This document shows positions 27,303-40,056 of a DNA stretch of 64,000 nt, in pieces. Source of the DNA: Ranitomeya imitator (lineage: Eukaryota); the NCBI RefSeq assembly GCF_032444005.1, contig NC_091287.1:549258001-549322000 (forward strand), given 5' to 3'. How positions within the stretch are numbered: the first letter of the stretch is position 1; each line of letters opens with the position of its first letter. Made by a program: the position numbers and the translations under genes. Under the pieces are notes generated by a model. That model was given only the letters and a program-made list of their open reading frames with translations. It ran no database searches and was not told the DNA's origin.

Positions 27303-27344
27303 ACGTCATCAATCTACAGGACTTGCTCTGAAAATGCATCAGGC

Positions 27345-27969
27345 TTGTTTAGATGTGCTTTTGCATACTTCTGGCGCTGGATTTTATGGTGAGGATGCGG
27401 GAGAGGTTTTCTTCTGATTAGTCTTCCATGAAGGCCATATTTGTGCAAGCGTCTTAAAAGTAGAACAATGTACCACATCTTCAGAGTCTACTAAATCTTT
27501 CTGAAGGTCTTTTGCAATCAAGCGGGAGGTTCTGATTTGCCTCTGTAGCAATCCTCCGAAAAGCTCTCTCTGAAATTTTGCCTGGTCTTCCAGACCTTAT
27601 CTTGACCTCCACTGCTCCTGTAACTGCCATTTCTTAACATTTAGAACTGAGGAAAGGGCAACTTGAAAAACCCTTATTTTATCATCTTATAGCCTTCTTC
27701 TGCTTTGTGGACCTCCACAATTTTCAGAGTGCTAGGCAGCTGCTTAGAAGAGCCCATCGCAGCTGTTTTTTGGCACAAGGTTAGAGAAGGCTGGGTTTTT
27801 ATAAAGCTGGGAAATTTGCATCACCTGGGCTTTCTTAACAAGCAACATACAAAGAAAATGTGTAATCTTTAACTTTACCCCTTTAGAGATCATTTCATCT
27901 TCTACTTACTTAACTCTTCACAATAACAGTAATTTTGACCAGGGGTGCCAAAACTTTTACACACTACTG
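27345..27969 (-). mobile_element. Truncated, decayed Tc1 (5' TIR plus N-terminal transposase remnant)
   Basis: Minus strand begins TA-CAGTAGTGTGTAAAAGTTTTGGCACCCC, a Tc1-type TIR. Downstream decayed coding includes a GRP-like ggaagaccagg. No second TIR was found. Confidence 0.65.
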
Positions 27970-27984
27970 TATCTCCTTGTCTTA

Positions 27985-28709
27985 AGGTACCTTCACACAT
28001 AACGATATTGTTAACGATATCGTTGCTATTTGTGACGTAGCAACGATATCGTTAATGAAATCGTTCTGTGTGACAGCGACCAACGATCAGGCCCCTGCTG
28101 GGAGATCGTTGGTCGCTGAATAAAGTCCAGAACTTTATTTCGTCGCTGGACTCCTGCTGACATCGCTGGATCGGCGTGTGTGACACCGATCCAGCGATGT
28201 CTTCACTGGTAACCAGGGTAAACATCGGGTAACTAAGCGCAGGGCCGCGCTTAGTAACCCGATGTTTACCCTGGTTACCATGCTAAATGTAAAAAAAAAC
28301 AAACACTAGATACTTACCTACCGCTGTCTGTCCTCCAGCGCTGTGCTCTGCACTCCTCCTGTACTGTCTGTGAGCCGGAAAGCAGAGCGGTGACGTCACC
28401 GCTCTGCTTTCCGGCTCACAGACAGTACAGGAGGAGAGCAGAGAAGCAGAGCGCAGCGCTGGAGGACAGACAGCGGTAGGTAAGTATCTAGTGTTTGTTT
28501 TTTTTTACATTTAGCATGGTAACCAGGGTAAACATCGGGTTACTAAGCGCGGCCCTGCGCTTAGTTACCCGATGTTTACCCTGGTTACCGGCATCGTTGG
28601 TCGCTGGAGAGCGGTCTGTGTGACAGCTCTCCAGCGACCAAACAGCGACGCTGCAGCGATCCGGATCGTTGTCGGTATCGCTGCAGCGTCGCTTAATGTG
28701 AAGGGGCCT
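27985..28709. mobile_element. Palindromic MITE, PIF/Harbinger-like (725 bp)
   Basis: Ends AGGTACCTTCACA..TGTGAAGGGGCCT with a TTA duplication (27982-84 and 28710-12). A long internal inverted repeat is centred on GCAGAGCGGTGACGTCACCGCTCTGC. Confidence 0.85.
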
Positions 28710-29715
28710 TTACACCGACATAGATGTACAATCAGGGATTTTGAAGAGAAATAACAGTAACCCTTCTTCCACCAAGTGGTGGTTGCAGACAGAGGACATA
28801 TGGAGCTCTGACTAAAGATAAAAAAAATATAATAAAATATTAATTATCACACAGTTTTGGACCTATGTAGATTAAAAAAATGACAAAGTGATATTCAAAA
28901 GTGTTCGTTCTGTGTAATGTTTTGATTGATCGATGGGGAGATTTGCTTTTCTCGATGCCCTCTACACATTCTCCCATCACCCTCCAATCATTTATAGTAA
29001 GGACAGCGATATAAGAGGTGAACCAGGTTGTTGTCAGGCGTCACATTCACTATGTCGGAATGATAAGACTCTAGTAGGAAACATGTACAGTTACAGGTGC
29101 AGACAGTATTTCAATAGCTGACAGCACATTATTTTAATTGGACTTGCTTCTGGCCAACTCGGCCGCAAAATAAAAAAAACACAGTAAAACTCCACAAAAC
29201 TCTGAGGCCAGCAGATGAGGGCCATGTTTAGTGTATCTGTCTGAGATGACTGGTATTCAGCCTGCCTGCAGCATTTGTTCTTTTCTAGGCAAAATTGTAA
29301 GCAGACATTTTTATGTCGGAGATGTACCCAGGATAAGCAGAAAAAAGAACAGAACCTACAGATACAATGGATCACGGGGAATGCGGAAGAACGACAATGG
29401 TGCTCAACATGGGAGTCTATGTAATGGGAGTCTATGTAAAAATGTCCCATTCCATTTTTTTAATAAATAGGCTGAACCTGTTTCAAACTGGTCAACCAGT
29501 CATGCCAAAATTGGTGGGATTGGCCAACGTAAATCTAATATGTATGGCAGTATTACAAATTATCAGATAAGGTGAAAAAACAATACAGTCATCTAGACAA
29601 CAAATACCACCATACAATCTATAAATGCAGTATCAAAGTAATAATGTCATTTCCAGGTAGGTCCTAGTAGGCCTCACTCCGTATGCATTCTCAGTTTGAA
29701 GAACTACAGCATTTT

Positions 29716-32700
29716 TAGCTCAGTGGGTGTTTCCTGCTCTAGAACTGCAATTTCAGAGCTCAGTAGGTGTTTCCGGCTCCTAGAACTGCAACTACAGAGC
29801 TCAGTGGGTGTTTCCTGCTTCTGGAACTGCAACTTCATAGATTAGAGAGTGTTTCCTACTTCTAGAACTGCAATTTCACAGCTCAGTGAGTGTTTCCTGC
29901 TCTAGAACTGCAATTTCACAGCTCAGTGAGTGTTTCCTGCTCTAGAACTGCAATTTCAGAGCTCAGTGGGTGTTTCCTGCATCTGGAACTGCAACTTCAT
30001 AGGTTAGAGAGTGTTTCCTACTTCTAGAACTGCAATTTCACAGCTCAGTGGGTGTTTCCTGCTTCTGGAACTGCAACTTCAGAGCTCAGAGAGTGTTTCC
30101 TGCTTCTAGAACTGCAATTTCAGAGCTCAGTGGGTGTTTCCTGCTCTAGAACTGCAATTTCAGAGCTCAGTGGGTGTTTTGTGTTTCTGGAACTGCAACT
30201 TCAGAGCTCAGTGGGTGTTTCCTGCTTCTAGAACTGCAACTTCAGAGCTCAGAGAGTGTTTCCTGCTTCTAGAACTGCATTTTCAGAGCTCAGTGGGTGT
30301 TTCCTGCTCTAGAACTGCAATTTCAGAGCTCAGTGGGTGTTTTGTTTTTCTGGAACTGCAACTTCAGAGCTCAATGGGTGTTTCCTGCTTCTGGAACTGC
30401 AATTTCAGAGCTCATAGAGTGTTTTCGGCTTCTAGAACTGCAACTTTAGAGCTCAGTGGGTTTTTCCTGCTTCTGGGACTGCAACTTCAGAGCTCAGTGG
30501 GTTTTTCCTGTTTCTAGAACTGCAATTTCAGAGCTCAGTGGGTGTTTCCTGCTTCTGGAACTGCTTTTTCAGAGCTCAGTGGGTGTTTGCTGCTTCTACA
30601 ACTGCAACTTCAGAGCTCAGTGGGTGTTTCCTGCTTCTAGAACTGCAATTTCAGAGCTCAGTGGGTGTTTCCTGCTTCTGGAACTGCAACTTCATAGGTT
30701 AGAGAGTGTTTCCTACTTCTAGAACTGCAATTTCACAGCTCAGTGGGTGTTTCCTGCTTCTAGAACTGCAATTTCAGAACTCAGTGGGTGTTTCCTGCTT
30801 CTAGAACTGCAATTTCAGAGCTCAGTGGGTGTTTCCTGCTTCTAGAACTGCAATTTCAGAGCTCAGTGGGTGTTTCCTGCTTCTAGAACTGCAATTTCAG
30901 AGCTCAGTGGGTGTTTCCTGCTTCTAGAACTGCAATTTCAGAGCTCAGTGGGGGTTTCCTGCTCTAGAACTGCAATTTCAGAGCTCAGTGGGTGTTTCCT
31001 GCTTCTAGAACTGCAATTTCAGAGCTTAATGGGTGTTTCCTGCTTCTGGAACTGCAATTTCAGAGCTCATAGAGTGTTTTCGGCTTCTAGAACTGCAACT
31101 TCAGAGCTCAGTGGGTTTTTCCTGCTTCTGGGACTTCAACTTCAGAGCTCAGTGGGTTTTTCCTGTTTCTAGAACTGCAATTTCAGAGCTCAGTGGGTGT
31201 TTCCTGCTTCTGGAACTGCTTTTTCAGAGCTCAGTGGGTGTTTGCTGCTTCTACAACTGCAACTTCAGAGCTCAGTGGGTGTTTCCTACTTCTAGAACTG
31301 CAATTTCACAGCTCAGTGGGTGTTTCCTGGTTCTAGAACTGCAATTTCAGAACTCAGTGGGTGTTTCCTGCTTCTGGAACTGCTTTTTCAGAGCTCAGTG
31401 GGTGTTTGTTGCTTCTACAACTGCAACTTCAGAGCTCAGTGGGTGTTTCCTGCTTCTGGAACTGCAACTTCAGAGCTCAGTGGGTTTTTCCTGTTTCTAG
31501 AACTGCAATTTCAGAGCTCAGTGGGTGTTTCCTGCTTCTGGAACTGCTATTTCAGAGTTCAGTGGGTGTTTCCTGCTTCTAGAACTGCAACTTCAGAGCT
31601 CAGTGGGTGTTTCCTGCTTCTAGAACTGCAACTTCAGAGCTCAGAGAGTGTTTCCTGCTTCTAGAACTGCATTTTCAGAGCTCAGTGGGTGTTTCCTGCT
31701 CTAGAACTGCAATTTCAGAGCTCAGTGGGTGTTTTGTTTTTCTGGAACTGCAACTTCAGAGCTCAATGGGTGTTTCCTGCTTCTGGAACTGCAATTTCAG
31801 AGCTCATAGAGTGTTTTCGGCTTCTAGAACTGCAACTTTAGAGCTCAGTGGGTTTTTCCTGCTTCTGGGACTGCAACTTCAGAGCTCAGTGGGTTTTTCC
31901 TGTTTCTAGAACTGCAATTTCAGAGCTCAGTGGGTGTTTCCTGCTTCTGGAACTGCTTTTTCAGAGCTCAGTGGGTGTTTGCTGCTTCTACAACTGCAAC
32001 TTCAGAGCTCAGTGGGTGTTTCCTGCTTCTAGAACTGCAATTTCAGAGCTCAGTGGGTGTTTCCTGCTTCTGGAACTGCAACTTCATAGGTTAGAGAGTG
32101 TTTCCTACTTCTAGAACTGCAATTTCACAGCTCAGTGGGTGTTTCCTGGTTCTAGAACTGCAATTTCAGAACTCAGTGGGTGTTTCCTGCTTCTAGAACT
32201 GCAATTTCAGAGCTCAGTGGGTGTTTCCTGCTTCTAGAACTGCAATTTCAGAGCTCAGTGGGTGTTTCCTGCTTCTAGAACTGCAATTTCAGAGCTCAGT
32301 GGGTGTTTCCTGCTTCTAGAACTGCAATTTCAGAGCTCAGTGGGGGTTTCCTGCTCTAGAACTGCAATTTCAGAGCTCAGTGGGTGTTTCCTGCTTCTAG
32401 AACTGCAATTTCAGAGCTTAATGGGTGTTTCCTGCTTCTGGAACTGCAATTTCAGAGCTCATAGAGTGTTTTCGGCTTCTAGAACTGCAACTTCAGAGCT
32501 CAGTGGGTTTTTCCTGCTTCTGGGACTTCAACTTCAGAGCTCAGTGGGTTTTTCCTGTTTCTAGAACTGCAATTTCAGAGCTCAGTGGGTGTTTCCTGCT
32601 TCTGGAACTGCTTTTTCAGAGCTCAGTGGGTGTTTGTTGCTTCTACAACTGCAACTTCAGAGCTCAGTGGGTGTTTCCTGCTTCTGGAACTGCAACTTCA

Positions 32701-33210
32701 GAGCTCAGTGGGTTTTTCCTGTTTCTAGAACTGCAATTTCAGAGCTCAGTGGGTGTTTCCTGCTTCTGGAACTGCTATTTCAGAGTTCAGTGGGTGTTTC
32801 CTGCTTCTGGAACTGCAACTTCAGAGCTTTGAGAGTTGTCCCTGCTTGTAGAGCTCTGCAGCTTCAGAGAACAGTGGATGTTCCCTGCTTGTGTAACTGA
32901 AGCTTTAGAGCTCACAGGGTGTTCCCTGATCATGAAACTGCAGCTTCAGCTTCAATCGGTGCTTCCTGCTTGTGGAACTGAATCTTTAGACTTACTGGTT
33001 GCTCACTGGGTGTTCACTGATAGTGGACCTGAAGCTTCAGAGCTCACTGGGTGTTCCCTGCTTATGAAACTGCATCTTCAAAGCACAGTCTGTGTTCCCT
33101 GTTGGTGGAACTTCAGCTTCAGGGCTCAGTGGGTGCTTCCTGCTTGTGAAATTGCAGTTTTAAGGGTCAGTAAATGAAGCTTCAGGTCACAGTGGGTGTT
33201 CCCTGCTTGA
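29716..33210. repeat. Minisatellite, ~41-bp unit GTGGGTGTTTCCTGCTTCTAGAACTGCAA(T/C)TTCAGAGCTCA, decaying at the right end
   Basis: Directly visible; contains a 1392-bp higher-order duplication. Confidence 0.97.
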
Positions 33211-35741
33211 GAAGCTGCCTGGGCACTCTGCTAATTTGTCGAATTTCACCTTTATAACTGACCATTGGTTCATTAAGTATTGCACTATCTGACATTTCAC
33301 AATGCTATTTGATGCCTAAAGGCATCACTACATTACTGCTTCTCTTTGACTTCAGTTTGAAAACTCATATAGTTCAACAATCAGAATTATGGATTGATTT
33401 TCCAATACTGGCTTTGGTACGGTTATATAACTCACTATGTAATGCCCTTCTCTTCAGATATTCCATAATACAAGGGACTAACTAAGAACGGAGTGAAAAA
33501 TATAACCCTGAAACTACAGTCAGCTGAGTGATCATGTGAGGCAGACCATCGGACCATCACAGATCAGAGGCTTCTACTTTACAGCACAATATAAATAGTT
33601 CCGTACCCTACACACACATGTCACTGTGTGCAGACAGAATAGTGTGTCACTGTTAATATGGTTTCTAATTCTCCAGGAAATCTTCCCAGCACTGAACCAT
33701 CCAACCGTGACTAATAGGTTAGTCTATGACATTGTAAGGAACATATGGATCAAAGCAATAGAAGACGCAGAGGAGGTGGCAGCACCTCTGTCAACTGAAA
33801 TAATCCAAACTGAAGATAGGAAACAGTGACGGGTCCATGCAGTGCTGGTGCCATGATGAATGTTGGGTTAATGGGTTTGTCAAGATTGAGAAAAAAAAGG
33901 CATTAGAAGTGTTTCAAAATATGAGCGTGACAACCGGGTCCTGGCAGGTCCACTTCCAGATTGGGTTGGACACAGGAGAGTTTCCTGTGTTGCCACATGA
34001 CCACTGTATGAAGCGGCTGACTGATTTTACTCTGTAGCCAAGCCATCCCCCTTTTGTCTATGACTTAGCCATGGGATAGAATTGGCCGGCCTGCCTATCA
34101 AGATGACGCAGTAAGCTGGTCCCTTCCATGATGCTACTGGCTTTAAACCCAAGCCAGAAGATGAGCTACTGAGAACCAGAAGTGGAACTGATATCCCAAC
34201 ATCGGGAAATCTCTCTAAATTATTAAAATTGTATATTTTTATAAACTAACAAACAAATATTTTATTTAGCTGACAACCCCATTAATCTTTGAGCTTAAAA
34301 ACTCCTGTTCATGTCGTCAAGACTGTAATCTAAGGAATGGATTCATCAGTGTATTCTAACGGCTGACAAACCATTCGTGAGATAGTGAAACTCGACTTGA
34401 GCAAAATAACATTTGTCTCAAAGAAGCCAAAGTAGTACAAATCTTAGTCCCCGTCTTATAGTAAAACACACTTCTCCCTCTACCACTCATCAGCATCCAA
34501 CAACAACGGTCATCCAGTCTGCAACCGCCCTTGGGTCTGAATGCCGATGGGGTCTACAGAATCCTCAAAGAGCAAATTGCCATGTGGAACGCCAGCTTCA
34601 GCAAGTCTCCGACAGACCCCGTGATGACCGTGACAACACTGCTGGAAACGATAAGGAATTTGGGATGTCTTACAGGATGACGAGATCTTAAATGACAGGA
34701 ACGTTCCTTGAAGCCCTTCTCTAAAAAGAGCCGAGGATTAAACAGCAAGAAGACACATCGACAGCATTTTGTATCTGAAGGGACTTTAGCGGCTACTTCA
34801 GGGGTCATCTTTCCTTGTCCCTACGTCATTATAACGGAAGACTACATCCAATAGGACGTCCGTGGCGATCGTAGCTAGCAACCTGCGGCTGCTGATATTT
34901 TTAGACTTCAGAAGAGACTCGGAAATCCAGGGCTATATTTACATCTATATATGCAGATACTACGAGAGGTGGCTGATAGGGAGAGATTAGGAAGATGAAA
35001 TTCAGTAAACTGAGCATCTCTTCTGGAAGATAGAGACGCAGCTGGCCAGAAAGGCAGAATGGCGTAATACCGAGGTGTAGATCTACCAGCGCCATGCATT
35101 GACTCTTCGCCGACCCCCGCCTCTAATATACTATCCCATGACACATTGTTACCGGAGGGTTGTAGAGTTTTTTATGCTGGTATTACGCACTTCTGGGGAT
35201 AAGATTAAAAGAAGGATAAAAAGACAAAGATGAATGACGTCAAAATGTAACGTGCTGGAGAAAAAAGATAAAACAATGAAGGAACTGAAACAATAGAAGA
35301 GTGAAGTGAAAAGGTTCTAGAGTACTGGGGAAGGGGCTATGCCAAAGAAATTACAGGATATTATTTGTGGTCATGAGATGTCATGGACCACCGGTGATCA
35401 GAAAAAGGTATGGACATGTGGTCAATCAGCAATAAAGGCATTAAGATTCAAAGGGAATCTGTCACCATGTTCTTGTATAAAGTACCGCAGAAACAGATAC
35501 TGTGATAATAAAGACGTCCATAGGGAGAACGATATCAATTATCACAGAATTTGTAGGATACATGTCACTCCGTCCTAGTGGGTGCACGGGTAGGATACGA
35601 CTCCAAAATGAGACACACAAAAAAGAAGACCCCAACCACGCTTTACAAGGGGAGCGATATCTGTTAAAGGTAGCACCATATCTACCAGCGATGGATATCG
35701 CTCTCCCTATAAACGCGACCTCTTACTAGAGTGTTCACATC

Positions 35742-37078
35742 ACTGAGAATACAATCTATATCTAGTAGATGGATAGTCCACATTCTCAGTGATGTCACCA
35801 GTCTCCAGTAGATGAATAGTCCACATTTTCAGTGATGTCACCAATCCTAGTAGATGGATAGTCCACATTCTCAGTGAGGTCACCAATCTCTAGTAGATAG
35901 ACAGTCCACATTCTCAGTGATGTCAACAGTCTGCAGTAGATGGATAGTCCACTTTCTCAGTGATGTCACCAATCCTAGTAGATGGATAGTCCACATTCTC
36001 AGTGATGTCACCAGTCTTTAGTAAATGGATAGTCCACATTCTCAGTGATGTCACCAGTCTGGTCAAGTAGATGGATAGTCCACATTCTCAGAAGATGTCA
36101 CCAGTCTCCAGAAGATGGATAGTCCACATTCTCAGAAGATGTCACAAGTCTCCAGTAAATGGATAGTCCACATTCTCAGATGTCGTCACCAATCCTAGTA
36201 GATGGATAGTCCACATTCTCAGTGATGTCACCAGTCTGGTCTAATAGATGGATAGTCCACATTCTCAGTGATGTCACCACTCTCTTGTAGATGGATAGTC
36301 CACATTCCCAGTGATGTTACCACTCTCTAGTAGATGGATAGTCCACATTCCCAGTGATGTTACCACTCTCTAGTAGATGGATAGTCCACATTCTCAGTAA
36401 TGTCACCAGTCTCTAGTAAATGGACAGTCCACGTTCTCAGTGATGTCACCAGTCTCTAGTAAATGGACAGTCCACATTCTCAGTGATGTCACCAGTCTAT
36501 AGTAAATATATAGTCCACATTCTCAGTGATGTCACCAGTCTCTAGTAGATTAATATAGTCTACAATCTCAGTGATGTCACGAGTCTCTAGTAGATGGTTA
36601 GTCCACATTCTCAGTGATGTCACCACTCTCTAATAGATGGATAGTCCACATTCTCAGTGGGGTCACCAGTCTCTAATAGATGGATAGTCCACATTCCCAG
36701 TAATGTCACCAGTCTCTAGTAAATGGATAGTCCACATTCTCAGTGACATCACCAGTCTCTAGTACATGGATAGTCCATATTCTCAGTGAGGTCGCCAGTC
36801 TCTAGTAGATGGATAGTCCACATTCTCAGTGAGGTCACCAGTCTCTAGTAGATGGATAGTCCACATTCTCAGTGAGGTCACCAGTCTCTGGTAAATGGAT
36901 AGTCCACATTCTCAGTGAGGTCACCAGTCTCTGGTAAATGGATAGTCCACATTCTCAGTGATGTCACCAGTCTCTAGTAAATGGATAGTCCACATTCCCA
37001 GTGATGTCACCAGTCTCTAGTAGATGGATAGTCCACATTCTGAGTGAATTCACCAGTCTCTACTAGATGGATAGTCCA
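35742..37078. repeat. Minisatellite, ~43-bp unit CATTCTCAGTGATGTCACCAGTCTCTAGTAGATGGATAGTCCA
   Basis: Directly visible. Confidence 0.95.
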
Positions 37079-37812
37079 CATTCTCAGTGATGTCACCTCT
37101 GATCTCTGGTGAAGGATAGGAGGCATTCTCAGTGATGTCACCGCTGATCTCTGGTGATGGATAGGAGGCATTCTCAGTGATGTCACCGCTGATCTCTAGT
37201 GAAGGATAGGAGGCATTCTCAGTGATGTCACCGCTGATCTCTGGGGAAGGATAGGAGGCATTCTCAGTGATGTCACCGCTGATCTCTGGGGAAAGATAGG
37301 AGGCATTCTCAGTGATGTCACCTCTGATCTCTGGTGAAGGGTAGGAGGCATTCTCAGTGATGTCACCGCTGATCTCTGGTGATGGATAGGAGACATTCTC
37401 AGTGATGTCACCTCTGATCTCTGGTGAAGGGTAGGAGGCATTCTCAGTGATGTCACCGCTGATCTCTGGGGAAAGATAGGAGGCATTCTCAGTGATGTCA
37501 CCTCTGATCTCTGGTGAAGGGTAGGAGGCATTCTCAGTGATGTCACCGCTGATCTCTGGTGATGGATAGGAGACATTCTCAGTGATGTCACCTCTGATCT
37601 CTGGTGAAGGGTAGGAGGCATTCTCAGTGATGTCACCGCTGATCTCTGGGGAAGGGTAGGAGGCATTCTCAGTGGTCACCTCTGATCTCTGGTGAAGGGT
37701 AGGAGGCATTCTCAGTGATGTCACCGCTGATCTCTGGTGAAGGATAGGAGGCATTCTCAGTGATGTCACCGCTGATCTCTAGCAAGACTGAATTCCTCAG
37801 TGATGTCATCAG
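37079..37812. repeat. Minisatellite, 45-bp unit CATTCTCAGTGATGTCACCGCTGATCTCTGGTGAAGGATAGGAGG
   Basis: Directly visible. It abuts the 43-bp array and shares its first 19 nt. It generates the 15-aa-periodic ORFs 37050..37769 and 37196..37666. Confidence 0.95.
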
Positions 37813-38055
37813 TCGTCGAGGAAATGAATATGCTACATTTCCAATGATGTAATTAGTCCCTGGTGCATAGATAGTTTGCATTTCTAGGGATGTTACTGCT
37901 TTCTAGTGAATGGAAAGCTTCCATTTCCAGTACAGTCACCAGTCTCCCGTAAATTTCTAGGCTGAATGGCCTGTGATGTCACGACTCTTTAATGAATGGA
38001 TAGGCGGTAATGTAGGTGACATCACTGCACTTTAGTAGATAGGCTGTGTACTCTA

Positions 38056-38800
38056 AGGGTACCGTCACACTATACGATTTACCAACGATCACGACCAGCG
38101 ATACGACCTGGCCGTGATCGTTGGTAAGTCGTAGTGTGGTCGCTGGAGAGCTGTCACACAGACAGCTCTCCAGCGACCAACGATGCCGAGGTCCCCGGGT
38201 AACCAGGGTAAACATCGGGTTACTAAGCGCAGGACCGCGCTTAGTAACCCGATGTTTACCCTGGTTACCAGCGTAAAAAAAAACAAACACTACATACTTA
38301 CATTCCGGTGTCTGTCCCTTGCCGTCTGCTTCCCGCACTCACTGACTGCCGGCCGTAAAGTGAAAGCACAGCACAGCGGTGACGTCACCGCTGTGCTCTG
38401 CTTTCACTTTACGGCCGGCAGTCACAGTGCGGGAAGCAGACGGCAAGGGACAGACACCGAAATGTAAGTATGTAGTGTTTTTTTTTTTTTTTTACATTTA
38501 CGCTGGTAACCAGGGTAAACATCGGGTTACTAAGTGCGGCCCTGCGCTTAGTAACCCGATGTTTACCCTAGTTACAAGCGAACGCATCGCTAGATCGGTG
38601 TCACACACACCGATCTAGCGATGACAGTGGGAGATCCAGCGACGAAAGAATGTTCCAAACGATCTGCTACGACGTACGATTCTCAGCAGGATCCCTGATC
38701 GCTGCTGCGTGTCAGACACAGCGATATCGTAACGATATCGCTGGAATGTCACGGATCGTACCGCCGTAGCGATCAAAATGGCACTGTGTGACGGTACCCT
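38056..38800. mobile_element. Palindromic MITE, PIF/Harbinger-like (745 bp), relative of 27985-28709
   Basis: TIR AGGGTACCGTCACAC..GTGTGACGGTACCCT with TA-containing flanks (3-bp TSD not clean). It carries the same internal palindromic module, centred on GCACAGCGGTGACGTCACCGCTGTGC. Confidence 0.85.
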
Positions 38801-39499
38801 TAGAGGATAGGGCATAAGCACTGAACTTCCATGCTAGCATTTTCACTGTCTGGATTTATAAGAAAGACCAAATGCATTAATGTAAAACCTCTATTTACTC
38901 AACAGCCAGCCGGGGAGACCACTGAGCAGCTTGAATTTTTCCAATTTCTGTGCCGCATCAAAAACTCCATTAACCTCTTTAAAAAAGTCAGTTAACACTT
39001 TTAGTCAGCCTGAAAGCAGACAGCTGCGCTCAAACCAAGCAAACCTGCAAGAACGTCCATTCTGCGCGGCCACTGAACCATTTATACAGTAGTTTAACTG
39101 GTTATTTATAGCAATTTTGCTCATCTGGAACAAGACACAGAACCGAGGGGTGAAGAAATATCCACTAAATTACAGACGTTTGCGTGAAGTCACAAAGATG
39201 TAAAAGTGCAGAGAAGCCGTAGACAAGTTGGCAGCAGGTACCTCCAGAAATCCACATAAAAACCCTCAGGACATGCCCCTCGGCGTGCACATAACCATTT
39301 ACTAATCTAGAATAAAAATATAGATGAGACTTCTATCATCCACAGGCTGACAGGTGATCGGTAGGGGGGGGGGGCATACGTCGGACCCCCATCAACCTAA
39401 TATTGACTCCTTTAATTTCAATATGGAGCTGAGCCCTTTATTTTCTCCCTGCTGATTATCAGGAGTGGATGGATAAATGGATAAATTAGTAAATCATTA

Positions 39500-40056
39500 A
39501 TTAAAGGGGTTGCCTCGTTTCCCGCTCAAGCTGTACAAATACTTGGCTGATCACCCGCCAAATACTGGTTCTAATCCTATTACTCTCCCAAATCCAATTC
39601 ATGCTGCACCTGGTGGCTTTGTGTGACCCATCCCCATTGTTTCTTTCATTTATTAACAAGTACAGTAAAATACACACCCTAGGGTAACCTTCGTTCCCAG
39701 CCTCCAGGTGTTCCAACAGCTGGAAACTCCAGTAACCTTACAGTCTCCATCAAAGGCTACCTTAAGGGTCTCAGCTGCCGGGAGACCCAGTGGCTGTAAA
39801 CTATAGGAGGCTAAGTGCCAGAATTGGCACATCTAATGGATGCGTCTTTTTTGGGGCGGCTGAGGGTTGGTGGTATTAGTCTGGGAGGGGGCCAATATCC
39901 ACGGCTCCTTCCCAGCCTATTAAGATCACCCCACAGCTGTTTGTTTAGCCTTTGCTGGTTATTAAAAATAGGGGGATTCTGAGTCATTTCTTGGGGTACC
40001 CCCCTTTTTAAAAAAAACAGTAAAAGGGGTTCGGGTCCAAGGTCAAGCTCTGTCAC
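39500..40056 (-). pseudogene. Possible very decayed Ty3/Gypsy RT fragment
   Basis: PKKDASIRC resembles PKKDGSxRFC, followed at a roughly plausible distance by MNWIW and VISQVFVQL. Weak. Confidence 0.3.

Noticed and set aside
23300-33210. CRISPR-like appearance of 41-bp repeats
   Set aside because: Units are head-to-tail with no unique spacers, there are no cas genes, and the context is a vertebrate intron.
37050-37769. 239-aa ORF with ISGDITENASYPSPE repeats (mucin-like appearance)
   Set aside because: It coincides exactly with the 45-bp array, an alternative frame is equally open, and there is no unique flanking coding sequence.
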